DNA from: Ministeria vibrans ATCC 50519
Lineage: Eukaryota; Protista; Filasterea
Length of the DNA: 35,029 bases
NCBI GenBank assembly: GCA_943704425.1
Contig: CALSCP010001463.1
Location: 10,457 to 45,485, forward strand
Direction of reading: 5' to 3'
This document shows, piece after piece, positions 21,301 to 32,151 of the stretch (position 1 is the stretch's first letter; every line of letters begins with the position of its first letter). The position numbers were made by a program, and so were the translations under genes. Below the pieces are notes generated by a model. It was not told where the DNA came from and ran no database searches. It was given only the letters and a program-made list of their open reading frames with translations.

Positions 21301-22221
21301 GACGGGCGCCTGTGTGCGCACGCCGTTGCGCGCGGGCCCCAGACGACTCGCCTTAAAGACTGTATCGACGGGTGCACACACACCGATGCGCACGAGAAAG
21401 GGTACGGTGCGACCCGACTTTTGGTCGCGTGGCTGGTGCAGCAGCAGGACGGGGCGAGCCACGTCGCCGTCGTAGGCGGACGCACCAAACGACATTTTGT
21501 GGCCAAGCGACGTCGCGTGTTTGCGATGCAGGTGGCGCGCTAGTTCGGCAAGGAAATAAGCGCGTTTGCGGTGGTAGCGGTGATTTAGATGGTCCTTGTC
21601 CTGAAAGAGCGACGAGGGCATTTCGACGAGCACGTCGACGTTGCGCTGGTGAGCACACACGGTGCGAAGCATAAAGCTACCAACAACATGGACGGCGGAA
21701 GGGCGTTGCATGCGCCACGCAAACTCGCTTGCGTCACCCTCGGCGTCGCAGCTTGGCATGGGCACGCGAATGTCGCCCGGCGCAAGCACATCGTTGGCGC
21801 GCACCTGCCGCTCCTTCTTGTCCTCGCGCACCGACATGAGCGCATCGCGGAGTGCCACCAGGGTGTCCTCGAGCAGCCCATGGCGTTCGTAGGCAATCGA
21901 CTGGCTCTCAACGAGTTCACGAATCTGAAGGGCAAAACGTGCATCAGCCAACAACGTGCCACATTAAAAAACTCGACTCACCTGCATTGCGAGCAGAGTT
22001 GATTTGTACAGGCGATCGGTATTGAGCTCGGCCAGCTCCTCGTGGGTGGGTGCAGCGAATCGCTTGTCGCCGCCTCGGCTGGCGCTGCTGTAGTCCACCG
22101 CCGGTGTTGCACTGTCTGCGTCTGCACGAGGACGCTTTTGCGGCGTGCTCTCCGCCGACGCGCTGCTCTCCGACTCGCTTCCGTCGCTCTCCACATCCTC
22201 TTGCGGCGCGGGGCGTTTCAT
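18325..22221 (-). CDS. NOL6: Nucleolar protein 6 / Utp22 (Nrap family), 3 exons
   Basis: Exons 22221-21982, 21924-18646 and 18585-18325. Motifs VVGSFMLRT, VDVLVEMP..LFQDKDHLNHRYHRKRAYFL, TPLYN, LLKVWLRQR, FESSSRWPD...I..IKAAF, RLAKRWI and FGEFAMFFYD..GG..VGVAW. Confidence 0.93.
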
Positions 22222-22327
22222 ACTCTTATTCTTTGTATCGTGAGTGAAAAATAAATGAAGAATTGGAAAAATCAAAATTATTATAATTAAAATTTGCCAT
22301 TCTCCTTTTTCTCAAGAGTCACTACGA

Positions 22328-23705
22328 ATGCTCTGTGGGTCGTTTCGGAGCGCCTTGCGCGGAGCATCCAGGCGGCCAGCCAAATATGCGCAGATGACAG
22401 GGATGGGACAGTCGTTTCTGACGCAAGCAGTGCCGTCGGGCCTCTCGACGGCCGCAGAGAGCGCCCTTGCCACGCAGGACCCCGACCTTCACGCCATCAT
22501 CAGCCAGGAAGAGCACCGCCAGTCGCGCTGCCTCGAGCTGATCGCGTCTGAGGTGCCTTATTATATATATAGACGAGCGCATCCCAACTCATCCCCACCT
22601 CATCCCCACACGGCACTGCCATGCCCGCTCCCTCCCGCAGAACTTCACATCAACGGCCGCTCGCGAGGTGCTGGGCTCCTGCCTCACCAACAAGTACTCC
22701 GAAGGGTTGCCTGGCCAACGGTATCAACAAAACTCATTCTTCTATTTTATCACTCACTTCCTCCTCACAGCTACTACGGCGGCAATCAATACATTGACCA
22801 GGTTGAGCGTCTTTGCCAGGAGCGATCTCTGCGCGCTTTTGGGCTTGATCCTGCGGAATGGTATTGATTAGTCCGTCTTTTAGCGACACGCGAACTCACA
22901 CGAACCACTTTCACAAAGGGGAGTCAATGTCCAACCGTTGAGTGGCTCGTCGGCCAACATTGCGGCTTACAATGCTGTGCTGATGCCGCACGACCGGATC
23001 ATGGGGATGGACCTGCCGGCGGGGGGTCATCTCACCCACGGTTACATGACTGCAAAGAAGCGCATCTCAGCTTCCTCACGCTTCTATGAGAGCATGGCCT
23101 ACTCTGTCGACCCTAATTCACTTCTTCTCGACTACAACGACATAAGCGAGCGTGCCGCCATGTTCCGCCCGCGTCTTCTCATCGCCGGCTTCAGCGCCTA
23201 CCCTCGCTCGCTCGACTACGCAAGCTTCCGTACAATTGCCGACACGCATGGCGCCTACCTGCTCGCCGACATGGCGCACACTGCGGGCCTGGTCGCCACC
23301 GGCCTCGCCCCATCTCCGTTCGTCCACTGCGACATTGTCACCACCACCACGCACAAGACGCTGCGCGGGCCCCGTGCTGGCCTCATCTTCTACCGCCGCT
23401 CCTCCTCCTCCATCGCGCCGGGCGTCGCCCGTCCGCGCTCGGCCATTGCGTATGGCTCCGAACTCGGCGACAGCGTCAACTTTTCTGTGTTTCCCATGCT
23501 TCAAGGCGGACCTCACCAGAATGCCATTGGCGCCGTTGCAACTGCCATGCTTGAAGTGATGCAGCCCTCGTTTACCGATTACCAGGCTCAGGTAGCACAT
23601 GACCAAGTTTCCCGTGGAGCTGTGCTATGACTGAAACACATACATACCCACACACACACACATATATATATATATATACATACATACACACACACACACA
23701 TATAT

Positions 23706-23764
<59 letters not shown>

Positions 23765-24248
23765 CACACACATTTAGGTTTTGGCGAACTGTAAGACACT
23801 GGCGAGCGAACTGCAGTCGCGAGGGTTTGCCATGGCGACCGGGGGCTCGGACAACCACCTGCTGTTGGTGCTGCTGACGGGTAAGGGAATTGACGGGGCG
23901 CGCGTGGAAAGCACTCTCGAGCAGTGCTCCATCACCGTCAACAAGAACACCACTGTGACCGACACCTCTGCGCTGGTCCCGTCCGCCATTCGTCTGGGTA
24001 CACCTGCTCTTACCTCGCGTGGTCTCCGCGAGCCAGACTTTGCCGTTGTAGCCGAGTTGGTTGATGAAGGTGTTGAAATTGCTCGCGCGCTTGCGGAGTC
24101 GCTTGGCAAACACAAGCTCAGTGCCTTCAAGGATGCCCTTGCCGACCCAGCTTCCTCTGTTGCCCCCCGCATTGCTGCCCTCCGTGCTCGCGTCGAATCC
24201 TTTACCGAGTCCTTTCCCATGCGAGGCCGTGGCATTGAGTCTGATTGA
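22328..24248 (+). CDS. SHMT: Serine hydroxymethyltransferase, probably mitochondrial (SHMT2-like), 5 exons
   Basis: LELIASE|[50 protein letters not shown] (PLP Lys), QGGPH and [12 protein letters not shown]. The Arg/Ser-rich N-terminus resembles a mitochondrial presequence. Confidence 0.96.
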
Positions 24249-24258
24249 TTGATTGATC

Positions 24259-24291
24259 GAGTGCGAAAGAGTGCGAAAGAGTGCGAAAGAG
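24259..24291. repeat. 10-bp tandem repeat (GAGTGCGAAA)x3 in the SHMT 3' region
   Basis: Directly visible. Confidence 0.8.
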
Positions 24292-24787
24292 CGTCGCGAG
24301 TCACAAGCGACCGATTGTGTGTGCCTTTGTGTATAAGTATACGGAATAATTGAAAAAATATTTTACTTCTATTTTACCACATCAGCGAATGATAACTCCA
24401 ACTCACAAGGCCTAAGGCGATAATTCTGAATTCTGACGGGAATCACGGAATTGAGGATTCTGACGGATTTGTTCGGTTTGTTGCAATTGTTTGTTGTCGG
24501 TTTGAAACTGGTTCAGTTATAAACATAACTTTATTATTTAGAAAAATAAATAACTAATATTAGTAATAGAAGAATCACGTGAGCTGTACTCAATGTCAAC
24601 ACAACAAAAAAAAACTATAATTATTAAAAACAAAGAGCACACAATTGAGTATTGAAAAATACTTTCGCCGTAGAGGCGTAGACTAAAATTTAAATCACTA
24701 GACTTCCAAACGAAAATGTCCCGAAAGAAGCCCATACACCCACTGATTTATTTATTTCAAAGTAGTATTTTTATTGTTGTTGTTGTT

Positions 24788-25978
24788 ATGCTGAAAGGCT
24801 GGTGTGCTTGCGTCGCACTTGTAGCGGCACTGGCAAGTTGCGCCGATGCCAAGGTGGCGCACTTGTCAAACAAGAACCAGCGGTACACAGTGGATGGGGC
24901 AGTCGTGAACGCGCACGACGGCAACATTGTCCAAGTGAACGGGACGTACTTTCTCTACGGCGAATGGTACGGCGACGGCGCCTACGTCGTCACCGGCACC
25001 GTCGACATCCCCAAGCTGTCGGTGTACAGCTCGCCGGACATGATGCACTGGAAGTACCACGGGCTGCTGCACAACAACACGCAGCCGGGCTGGGCCAAGT
25101 CTGGCCAGTGGCCCGACGCACCCAACGGCACCTTCTGGTCGCCGTGGGCCTTCTGGTGCGAAAAGCGCCAGAGTGTCATCATGTGGTTTACGGCGAGCCC
25201 CGCACAGTGCTGTGACGCGTACTGGGGCGTCGCCGAGAGCAAGGATGGCATTCATTTCGATCTCAAGTCGCTGCGCTTCACCTCGTCGAACAACGCGTCG
25301 CTCGACACCAGTGCGATTCTCATTGACGACGATGGCACCGGCTACGTGGCGTACTCGGCCATTTCGACGCCGGCCGGCACGCCCGACCACGCCATCTTCA
25401 TCGATCGCCTCAGCGACGACTACCTGAGTCCGGCGGGCGTGCAGGTGGGCAGCATGCTACCGACGCAATACATGGAGGGCGTGATGCTGTTCAAGCGCAA
25501 GGGCATATACTACCTCATGGCTGGCTCGTGCTGCTGTGCGTGTCGCGCCGGTTCTGGTGCAGTTGTGTGGCGCAGCAACAGCATTGAGGGTCCGTGGGAG
25601 CAGCAGATTCGCGATGTCAACTGCCAGCTAGACGTACCCATTTGCGCTGGTGCACCAGCCGAGTACCCTCTGAGTCTGTCGCGACCCACAGGCCACCTGA
25701 CGATTGCAGCACAGGGTATTACAATTAGCACGCTGCGGCTACGCAACGGCGAAACAGCATACCTGTGGAACGGCAACCGGTGGTTGTCAGGCCCGAACCA
25801 CCCGCCCGACTGTCCGCAGCTGTGCCAGGCTCCCGAGGGTATCTGCGCCCAGCACAACTACCATGCCGGCGACGATCTTTCCTACTGGATCCCCCTTGAG
25901 TTTGACTCCAATGGCTATGTCTTGCCCTTTGCTCCCTTTGTCGATGAGTTTCAGTTGGACTTGCCCGATTTTGAATAA
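24788..25978 (+). CDS. Secreted glycoside hydrolase family 43 (five-bladed beta-propeller), intronless
   Basis: Signal peptide MLKGWCACVALVAALASCADA. GH43 motifs NAHDGNI....GTYFLYGE, YSSPDMMHWKYHG, D..ILIDDDGTGYVAY, I.RLSDDYL, EG..LFKRKGIYYLM and WIPLEFD. Confidence 0.85.
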   Translation: MLKGWCACVALVAALASCADAKVAHLSNKNQRYTVDGAVVNAHDGNIVQVNGTYFLYGEWYGDGAYVVTGTVDIPKLSVYSSPDMMHWKYHGLLHNNTQPGWAKSGQWPDAPNGTFWSPWAFWCEKRQSVIMWFTASPAQCCDAYWGVAESKDGIHFDLKSLRFTSSNNASLDTSAILIDDDGTGYVAYSAISTPAGTPDHAIFIDRLSDDYLSPAGVQVGSMLPTQYMEGVMLFKRKGIYYLMAGSCCCACRAGSGAVVWRSNSIEGPWEQQIRDVNCQLDVPICAGAPAEYPLSLSRPTGHLTIAAQGITISTLRLRNGETAYLWNGNRWLSGPNHPPDCPQLCQAPEGICAQHNYHAGDDLSYWIPLEFDSNGYVLPFAPFVDEFQLDLPDFE

Positions 25979-26123
25979 AAAAAGGCTCAAAACAAACAAA
26001 ACTGAAACCATAACAAAAAAGTTTGTCAATTGTTTTCATTTTGGCACAAGCAAAGGCAAACACACACACGCAACAGCACACAACACACACACACACATTT
26101 GTCTGTCTCTTTGTGCGAGGGGA

Positions 26124-29100
26124 TTAACCGCTGAGCTGACCAGAGCGGAGTGCGTTCTGGTACGAGTTGGGGTCCTCTCCATCGGCCTGCTGATGCTTGA
26201 TCATGTCGTCGATGCGCAGGATGGTGATGGCCGCCTCCGTCGCGAACTTGAGGCTCTTGATCTTGCTCATGGCCGGCTCAAGCACACCTGCAGCAAGATT
26301 GTTACGCACAACGCCGTTGATCAGATCCAGACCAGTCCTGGAAACGGCAACGGACGAGTGAGTCAGGATGTGTGCTTGGTGTGTGCTTAGTGTGTGTACC
26401 ATTTGAGGTCTGCCTTTGTGGCGTCCTTCTGTGCGGTGTAGTGGAATGCGCGCAGCTTGGCAATCAGATCAGTGGCGTCCTTGGCCGCATTGACAGCGAG
26501 CGTCTTGGGGATCACCTGGAGCGCAGTTGCAAACTCATGCAGTGCCAATTGCTCACGGGACGCCTATACAAAAAAAAAAAAAAAACAAAAAACAAGAAAC
26601 AAAACAAAACAAAACAAAAACAAGTTGAGATAAGAGCGCGAGTCTTTCAAAGAGACGTACAGTCGAGCGGGCAAACTCATCGAGGTATATTGCGAGAGCG
26701 ACTTCGACACAGCCACCGCCGGGCACGACAGCCTTGCTCTCGAGAACGCGCTTGACAACGCAGAGTGCGTCGTGTACCGAGCGCTCCATCTCGTCAAGCA
26801 TAAAGTCGTTTGCACCTATGATCGATGAAAACCAAGGTCATGAGTCAGTTCGAGTGATATATGTGTTGTATTACGGTCGTACCGCGCAGAAGGAGTGAGC
26901 TGCTGCTGTGCACTTTAGGGTTCTTGATGATGATGAGCTCGTCGTCGCTCACTCGCTCCTGCGCCACTTCCTCAGCAGATCCTACACACCACAGTGCAAT
27001 GAGCACACACACACACACATACACACACACAAATACACATTATGACAGTGCAAATGGGCAATATGTACCAAGCAGACTGGCGTCAAAGCTCTCCTCTCCC
27101 TCCAAGTCGGCCAGGGTCAGTGCCAGAGTGGCGCCCGTCGCACGCGCAATGCGCTTGAGATCCTCCTTCAAACACCGACGCACGCCCATGCACCCGCCCT
27201 CAATCAGCATCTTCAAGCACCTATAGCCATGTGTTAGCAAACAGCTTGAATAAAAGAAAAAAGAAAAGTGTGAAGGTCTCTTTCTTACATGTCATCAATT
27301 CCCTTTGTGGTAAAAATAACGTTTGCGCCCGTGTCGAGGATCTTCTTAACGCGCTCCTTGGTGATGTCATACTCGCGCTGTCGGATAGCCTCCAGCTTCT
27401 CCGGGTCGCTCACGAGGACCTAACACACACAAGGAAAAGAAACAAGTAATGGAGGAGGAACAAAGACACAACGTGACAATGTAATTAATTAGAGAGAAAG
27501 AGAGAGAGAGAGAGAGAGAGGAGAAAGAAACAAAGTGATAGAGAGAGAGGGAGGAGAAAGAAACAAAGTGATAGAGAGAGAGAGAGTTCAAGAGAGTTCA
27601 AGAGAGTTCAAGAGAGAGAGAGTTCAAGAGAGTTCAAGAGAGAGAGAGAGAGGAAGGGAAAAAGTAATGGAGAAAGGAGGAAGGAAAAAAGTAATAGAGA
27701 AGGAAGGAAGGAATAAAGTAATAGAGAGACAGAGAAAGGAAGAAAGTGATAGAGAGGGAAGAGAATAGTGAGATTTCCAACGAATAGAGTGAGGGGCGCT
27801 CATTACCTGCACTCCAAGGTGCATGCGAGCCTTTTGCAAGTTCATGTCCAGACAGGCAATCTTAGCATTGGTCACCTTCTTCGGCATCACTGTAATACAC
27901 AGAGCAGGAGGTGAGCCATTGCGGCAAAAGAGTCCATGTTAGGGATCGTACGCTGTGAGGCGACAGTGCAGTTAAGAGCATAGCCATTGATAATGGTAGA
28001 CTCCTTGGCGCTCTTTCCGTGTGCCTTGAGCACATTCACTGCCTTGACGGGATACTTGGTCTCTCCCTTTGGGTTCACACGCTTGACCATCTCAAGCGCG
28101 TCCACAACCTGTCAACACACACACACACGCACAAAACAAAAACAAAAACAAAAACAAAAACGAAAACAAAAACAAAAACAAGGAAAATACCCGTTCATTC
28201 AGTCTCAATGGCCGTGAAATTCCAATTTACCAGGTTGCTGAAGAAGTCCATCTCAGAGCCAATAATTTTGCTGCTCATGGAAGTGCGCGCAGCATTGACA
28301 ATGGAATCGCGCCCGAGATCCGCTGTCTTGATCGTCAGGTGCTCTTTGATGTACTTGACGGCCTCAGTGCATGCCTGAGAAAAACACGCAGCAAAACAAT
28401 AAATGTAGGCCACACTCTTATTGCGCTCTGGTTACCTGTCGGTAGCCTGAAATAACCGTGGTGGGGTGGATTCCTGATTTTACAAGCTCATCGGCATTTT
28501 TGAGCAGTTCTGCTGCGACAATGACCACTGAGGTTGTGCCGTCGCCCACTTCCTGGTCTTGCAGGTCCGCCAGCTCACAGAGCACACGCGCAGCCGGGTG
28601 CTCCACGTCGAGCATCTTCAAGATGGTGGCGCCGTCGTTGGTGACAGTCACATCCTATATGACAACAAGAGACATAAGAGCAATGAGTAAGTCATGTTCA
28701 AGCCCAAAAAAAAAACGTTTTGTCTTTTTGCTTTGCTGACAAGGCATGCATCATGATTTTCGCAAGAGACTCATGTGAGTGCGTGTTCAAACGACTCTGG
28801 GGGGACTGGGTGCGAATACAATCAATGTTTTTGGCGTTGCCACTGGATTGAAAAAATCTGAAACCGAAAAGAGAGCAACAAACAAAAGAAGGAACACTGG
28901 ATTGTCAGACTCGGAGGCACCTGAAGACATCCAGGCTATACTTGTCATGCTGGACGCCCGGGAGCGACATTGGCGTGCGTCGTCGCGTCTCACACGTGCA
29001 AGGTCATCAATGCCAAAGCCGATTGCCTGTGTTGCGTCGACGGAAGGGTCGCGCGAACAGGCTGACCAGCTGTGTGCATGGCCGCGGGGTCGGTGGACAC

Positions 29101-29335
29101 GCAAAGGCGGGCAATTGAGGCAGTTGGTAGGGCAGAGAAAGGTGAAAAGTAACATATACACTTCATCACTTTTCGGTTGAGTGCCAAGCACAAGAGACAG
29201 CGACACACCACAGTCTTTCAGCGTAGCGCAAGAGTACAAAGAGAAAAATTTGAGAGCGGTAGGGGGAGCAGCAGAGCCGAAGAGCCACGCTGGAAGGCGT
29301 GTGCGTCGAGAGAACGCGAGCGAATGGACGCAAAT

Positions 29336-29372
<37 letters not shown>

Positions 29373-29603
29373 AGGATCAAAGCGAATGAATGCTTACGCC
29401 AATCTCATCAACGAGCATCTTATCAAGGCCCACGGGGCCAAGGGACGTCTTGACGATGTTGGCGACAGAGAGGGCAGCCATGACTGCGAAGAGAGGACAG
29501 GTCAGAACGAACGACCAAAACGACGACGGATTGCAAGCGTACCGTTCTGCGAGCGGATGTCCTTGCCCTTGGTGCGCTCCGCGTCGAATACAATGCCAGC
29601 CAT
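26124..29603 (-). CDS. TCP1: T-complex protein 1 subunit alpha (CCT1), ~12 exons
   Basis: IRSQN|VMAALSVANIVKTSLGPVGLDKMLVDEIG|DVTVTNDGATIL, QDQEVGDGTTSVV, TSMSSKIIG, GYALNCT.ASQ, IACLDMNLQK, VVPGGGCVE and KSLKFATEAAITILRIDD. Confidence 0.97.
27490..27770. repeat. Intronic purine-rich minisatellite related to the 6343-6905 array
   Basis: Contains gagaaagaaacaaagtgatagagagag twice, (agagagttca)n and degenerate aaagtaat.gagaa.gga units, within the CCT intron at ~27422-27805. Confidence 0.85.
28862..29178 (-). ncRNA. Candidate intron-encoded box C/D sno/scaRNA in CCT-alpha intron 2
   Basis: Minus-strand GTGATGA (29169-29163), TTGATGA (29010-29004) and CTGA (28908-28905). A 10-bp perfect flanking stem AACCGAAAAG/CTTTTCGGTT and internal hairpins are present. 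No target was established. Confidence 0.4.
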
Positions 29604-29951
29604 ATTGAGAGTGAATGCGAGAAGAAAAAAGTTATTCAATTAATTTTTATTGACACTTGTGACTTGACATTATTTTGACATGTCCTTGACAGTTCGATTG
29701 TTTAACACTCACTTTTTCAAAACGAAAGAGATCAAGAAGAGTAGAAGACGTAACATTCTAACAGAAAGAGTATTGAATTCGTTCAATCATCAATCATCAA
29801 ATGCTTTATTTTTTTTTGGGTATATTGATGATAGTGTTACGATGATTGTTTCTATTGTTGATAGAAAAGGAGGGACGAGTGGAAAGAAAGCCCAGTACGC
29901 ATGATGCAACAGAAGTAACAGCTCGCTCACTTGTGTGCAAATATCCAATAT

Positions 29952-31653
29952 TCATTCGTTGTTGTACATAATTTTGCCTTGAGCGCAGGCAACCACGCCA
30001 TCAACGGAGGGATAGCGCATGAGGCAGCTGAAGGCATAGCGGGACTGGCGGTCTGCACCTGGGGCAAGCTCAGCAGCGCGGTGCTGCTGGTAGGCCCACC
30101 AAGCACGGGGAAGAGTGTCGAGGGCAGACGCCACCTGGAGCACACACGAGCCATTGCTGAAGGGGGAGCACTGGAAGGTACTGTGGAAGCTATACTCGTT
30201 GATCCACAGAGTGCTGTCGACGGCCGACTGCTGTTGGTTGGCGCGGATCAAATCAAAAACGTGTTGACTGTAATCGAGGGGCGATAGTGTGGTGGAGTCG
30301 ACGGAGACGACGCGGAAGGCGGGATTGTTGTCATACACTGTCGGGGTGGGGGAGAGAGAAGGGACGGGGTGAGAGTCATTTTTTAGTTGCAAGTCATGCT
30401 GGTAGTGACTGACCTGGCGAGAGGGACGGAGAGGTGAAGAGAGGGAGAGCAAGAGCAGGATCGATAATGTCGGGGAAGGAGTGAAGAAGTTTGATGTCGT
30501 CCTTGTGGATGTGGCCAAAAAAGTGTGCGCGGATAGAATCGGAGTGAGCGACCACGAGAGAGAGATAGGCGAGTTGGTGGGAAGGGCGCCAGAGAAGGTG
30601 CCAGGGAGCGCCAGAGGGATTGAAGGGCTCGACAATGGGCGGGATGTGGCCGACGATGTAGACGGGCTGACGGTGAATGGACGCAGTGAGAAGTTGGGAG
30701 GTAAGCCACGAGAGCTGAGTCGTTGCTTGAGGAGTATCGGGGGCCTTGGCGGAGAAGAGATTTGTGTTGAGGACGAGCACACGCAGTGTAGGACGAGTTG
30801 GTGCGGAGGAAGACGCAAGGACCTCTGCGGCGTAGTAACCGCCTGCGTTGAAAGTGCTTGTAAAGGAGGCTGTGTCGAGGCGGACAAGGGGCGATGCAGT
30901 GATGATGGGCAGCCACAGTTCCCCGATGGTCGGGTACCAGGAGTCGTTGGCGGCGGGAAGCACATAGTCGCCGGGCAGGTCGTTGTTGCCGAGACTCATG
31001 AAGACTGAGCGATGGTGAGTGGCAAATGTGGAAAGAATCGCCGTGGAGACGTCGGTGATGCTTTGCAGAGCGCGTGTGCGGCCCTCACTGGGTGTGTGGT
31101 TGTCACCGAGGCTGTGAGCGGCTGAGTCACCAGAGTAAAGAAGAAACTGTGCGTCTGCTGCCTCGGCTTGGGCAAGGATCGCCTCCAGAGATGCCTTCAT
31201 GAGTGTGGCAGGGACATCGCACCCGGGCCTGCCCAGTGGGGCGGTGTACGGAGCCTGCGAGGGGTTGGGGCTGTCACTAAAACAGCGCTCCTCCTTGCTG
31301 ACACTTGCGTTGTAGAACGGATTCAGATGGACATCGGAGAAGTGGACAAAGTGCGTGGCATTGGGCCAGGTTGTCTGCGTCGCAGGGGCGGTGCAACTCG
31401 AGACGCTCGACGACGAGGATGGCGCGCTTTGATGGGGCGAGGAGGCGGCGAGGGCAATTGCGCCGACGGCGGCGAGTACGGTGAGTCCCGCCAGCCACCA
31501 CACGCCTCGTCGCAGCCATGTCCTTCTCCACGAGTCCGGTGGCGACGACACGACAGCGAGAGTCGCGCCAGCACTGTCATCGTCGTCGTCGCAGTCGAGG
31601 ACTTGTTCGAACTGTTGTCCGACGAGGCTCTCCTGCTCAGCCCTGTCCTCCAT
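29952..31653 (-). CDS. Calcineurin-like metallophosphoesterase of the acid sphingomyelinase/SMPDL3/Ppn1 group, type II membrane anchor, 2 exons
   Basis: FSDVHLNP, GRPGCD.P, SGDSAAH, LGNND, GHIPP, FFGHIHKD and SPSLSP|VYDNNPAFRV. Intron 30413-30338. A TM helix follows a ~48-aa N-terminal tail. Confidence 0.88.
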
Positions 31654-31691
<38 letters not shown>

Positions 31692-31754
31692 GCACGCACG
31701 CAAGGAATCCAAGGGATAAAGCCAGCAAATTAGAAATAAGATGGCAAATATTAT

Positions 31755-32101
31755 TTCCTCTGATGCAGATTTCCGATGAATTTTCCGATCGGAATCCGAT
31801 CATCAGACAGTCCGATTTCCAATAAATCTCAAGTCCTGTCCGATGAATCGAATTTTCCGATCAAATCCGATCAAACCCGATAAATCCGATCAAATCCGAT
31901 CGAATCCGATAAATCCGATCAAATCCGATGATTTCCAATTGTCCGATGATCGAATCCGATAAATCCGATCAAATCCGATCAAATCCGATAAATCCGATCA
32001 AATCCGATGATTTCCAATTGTCCGATGATCGAATCCGATTTCCGATCAAAAAACCTTGTCCGATATCGAAATCCGATATCGGAAATCGAAGGAATGAGGA
32101 A
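31755..32101. repeat. TCCGAT-based tandem array with terminal inverted repeats (MITE-like)
   Basis: More than 20 TCCGAT cores, mostly as AAATCCGAT(C). GATTTCCGAT (31768-31777) and ATCGGAAATC (32078-32087) are perfect inverted repeats. Confidence 0.75.
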
Positions 32102-32151
32102 TCACTGAATTATTTAATATGTAGTACGGTTCCAATACAATAACAAATAAT

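Noticed and set aside
18631-21962. Many long overlapping ORFs on both strands within NOL6 (similarly in the lipase, SETD3, NELF and GH43 genes)
   Set aside because: Expected by-product of GC-rich coding sequence with few off-frame stops.
28905-29180. U3, U2 or SNORD27 identity for the CCT intronic candidate
   Set aside because: Only short resemblances. U3 box A/B, the intact U2 branch-pairing context and a correctly placed D' box for SNORD27 are missing.
31768-32087. Telomeric repeat or CRISPR array
   Set aside because: Internal location, irregular 9-10-bp units unlike G-rich telomere repeats, and no spacers.
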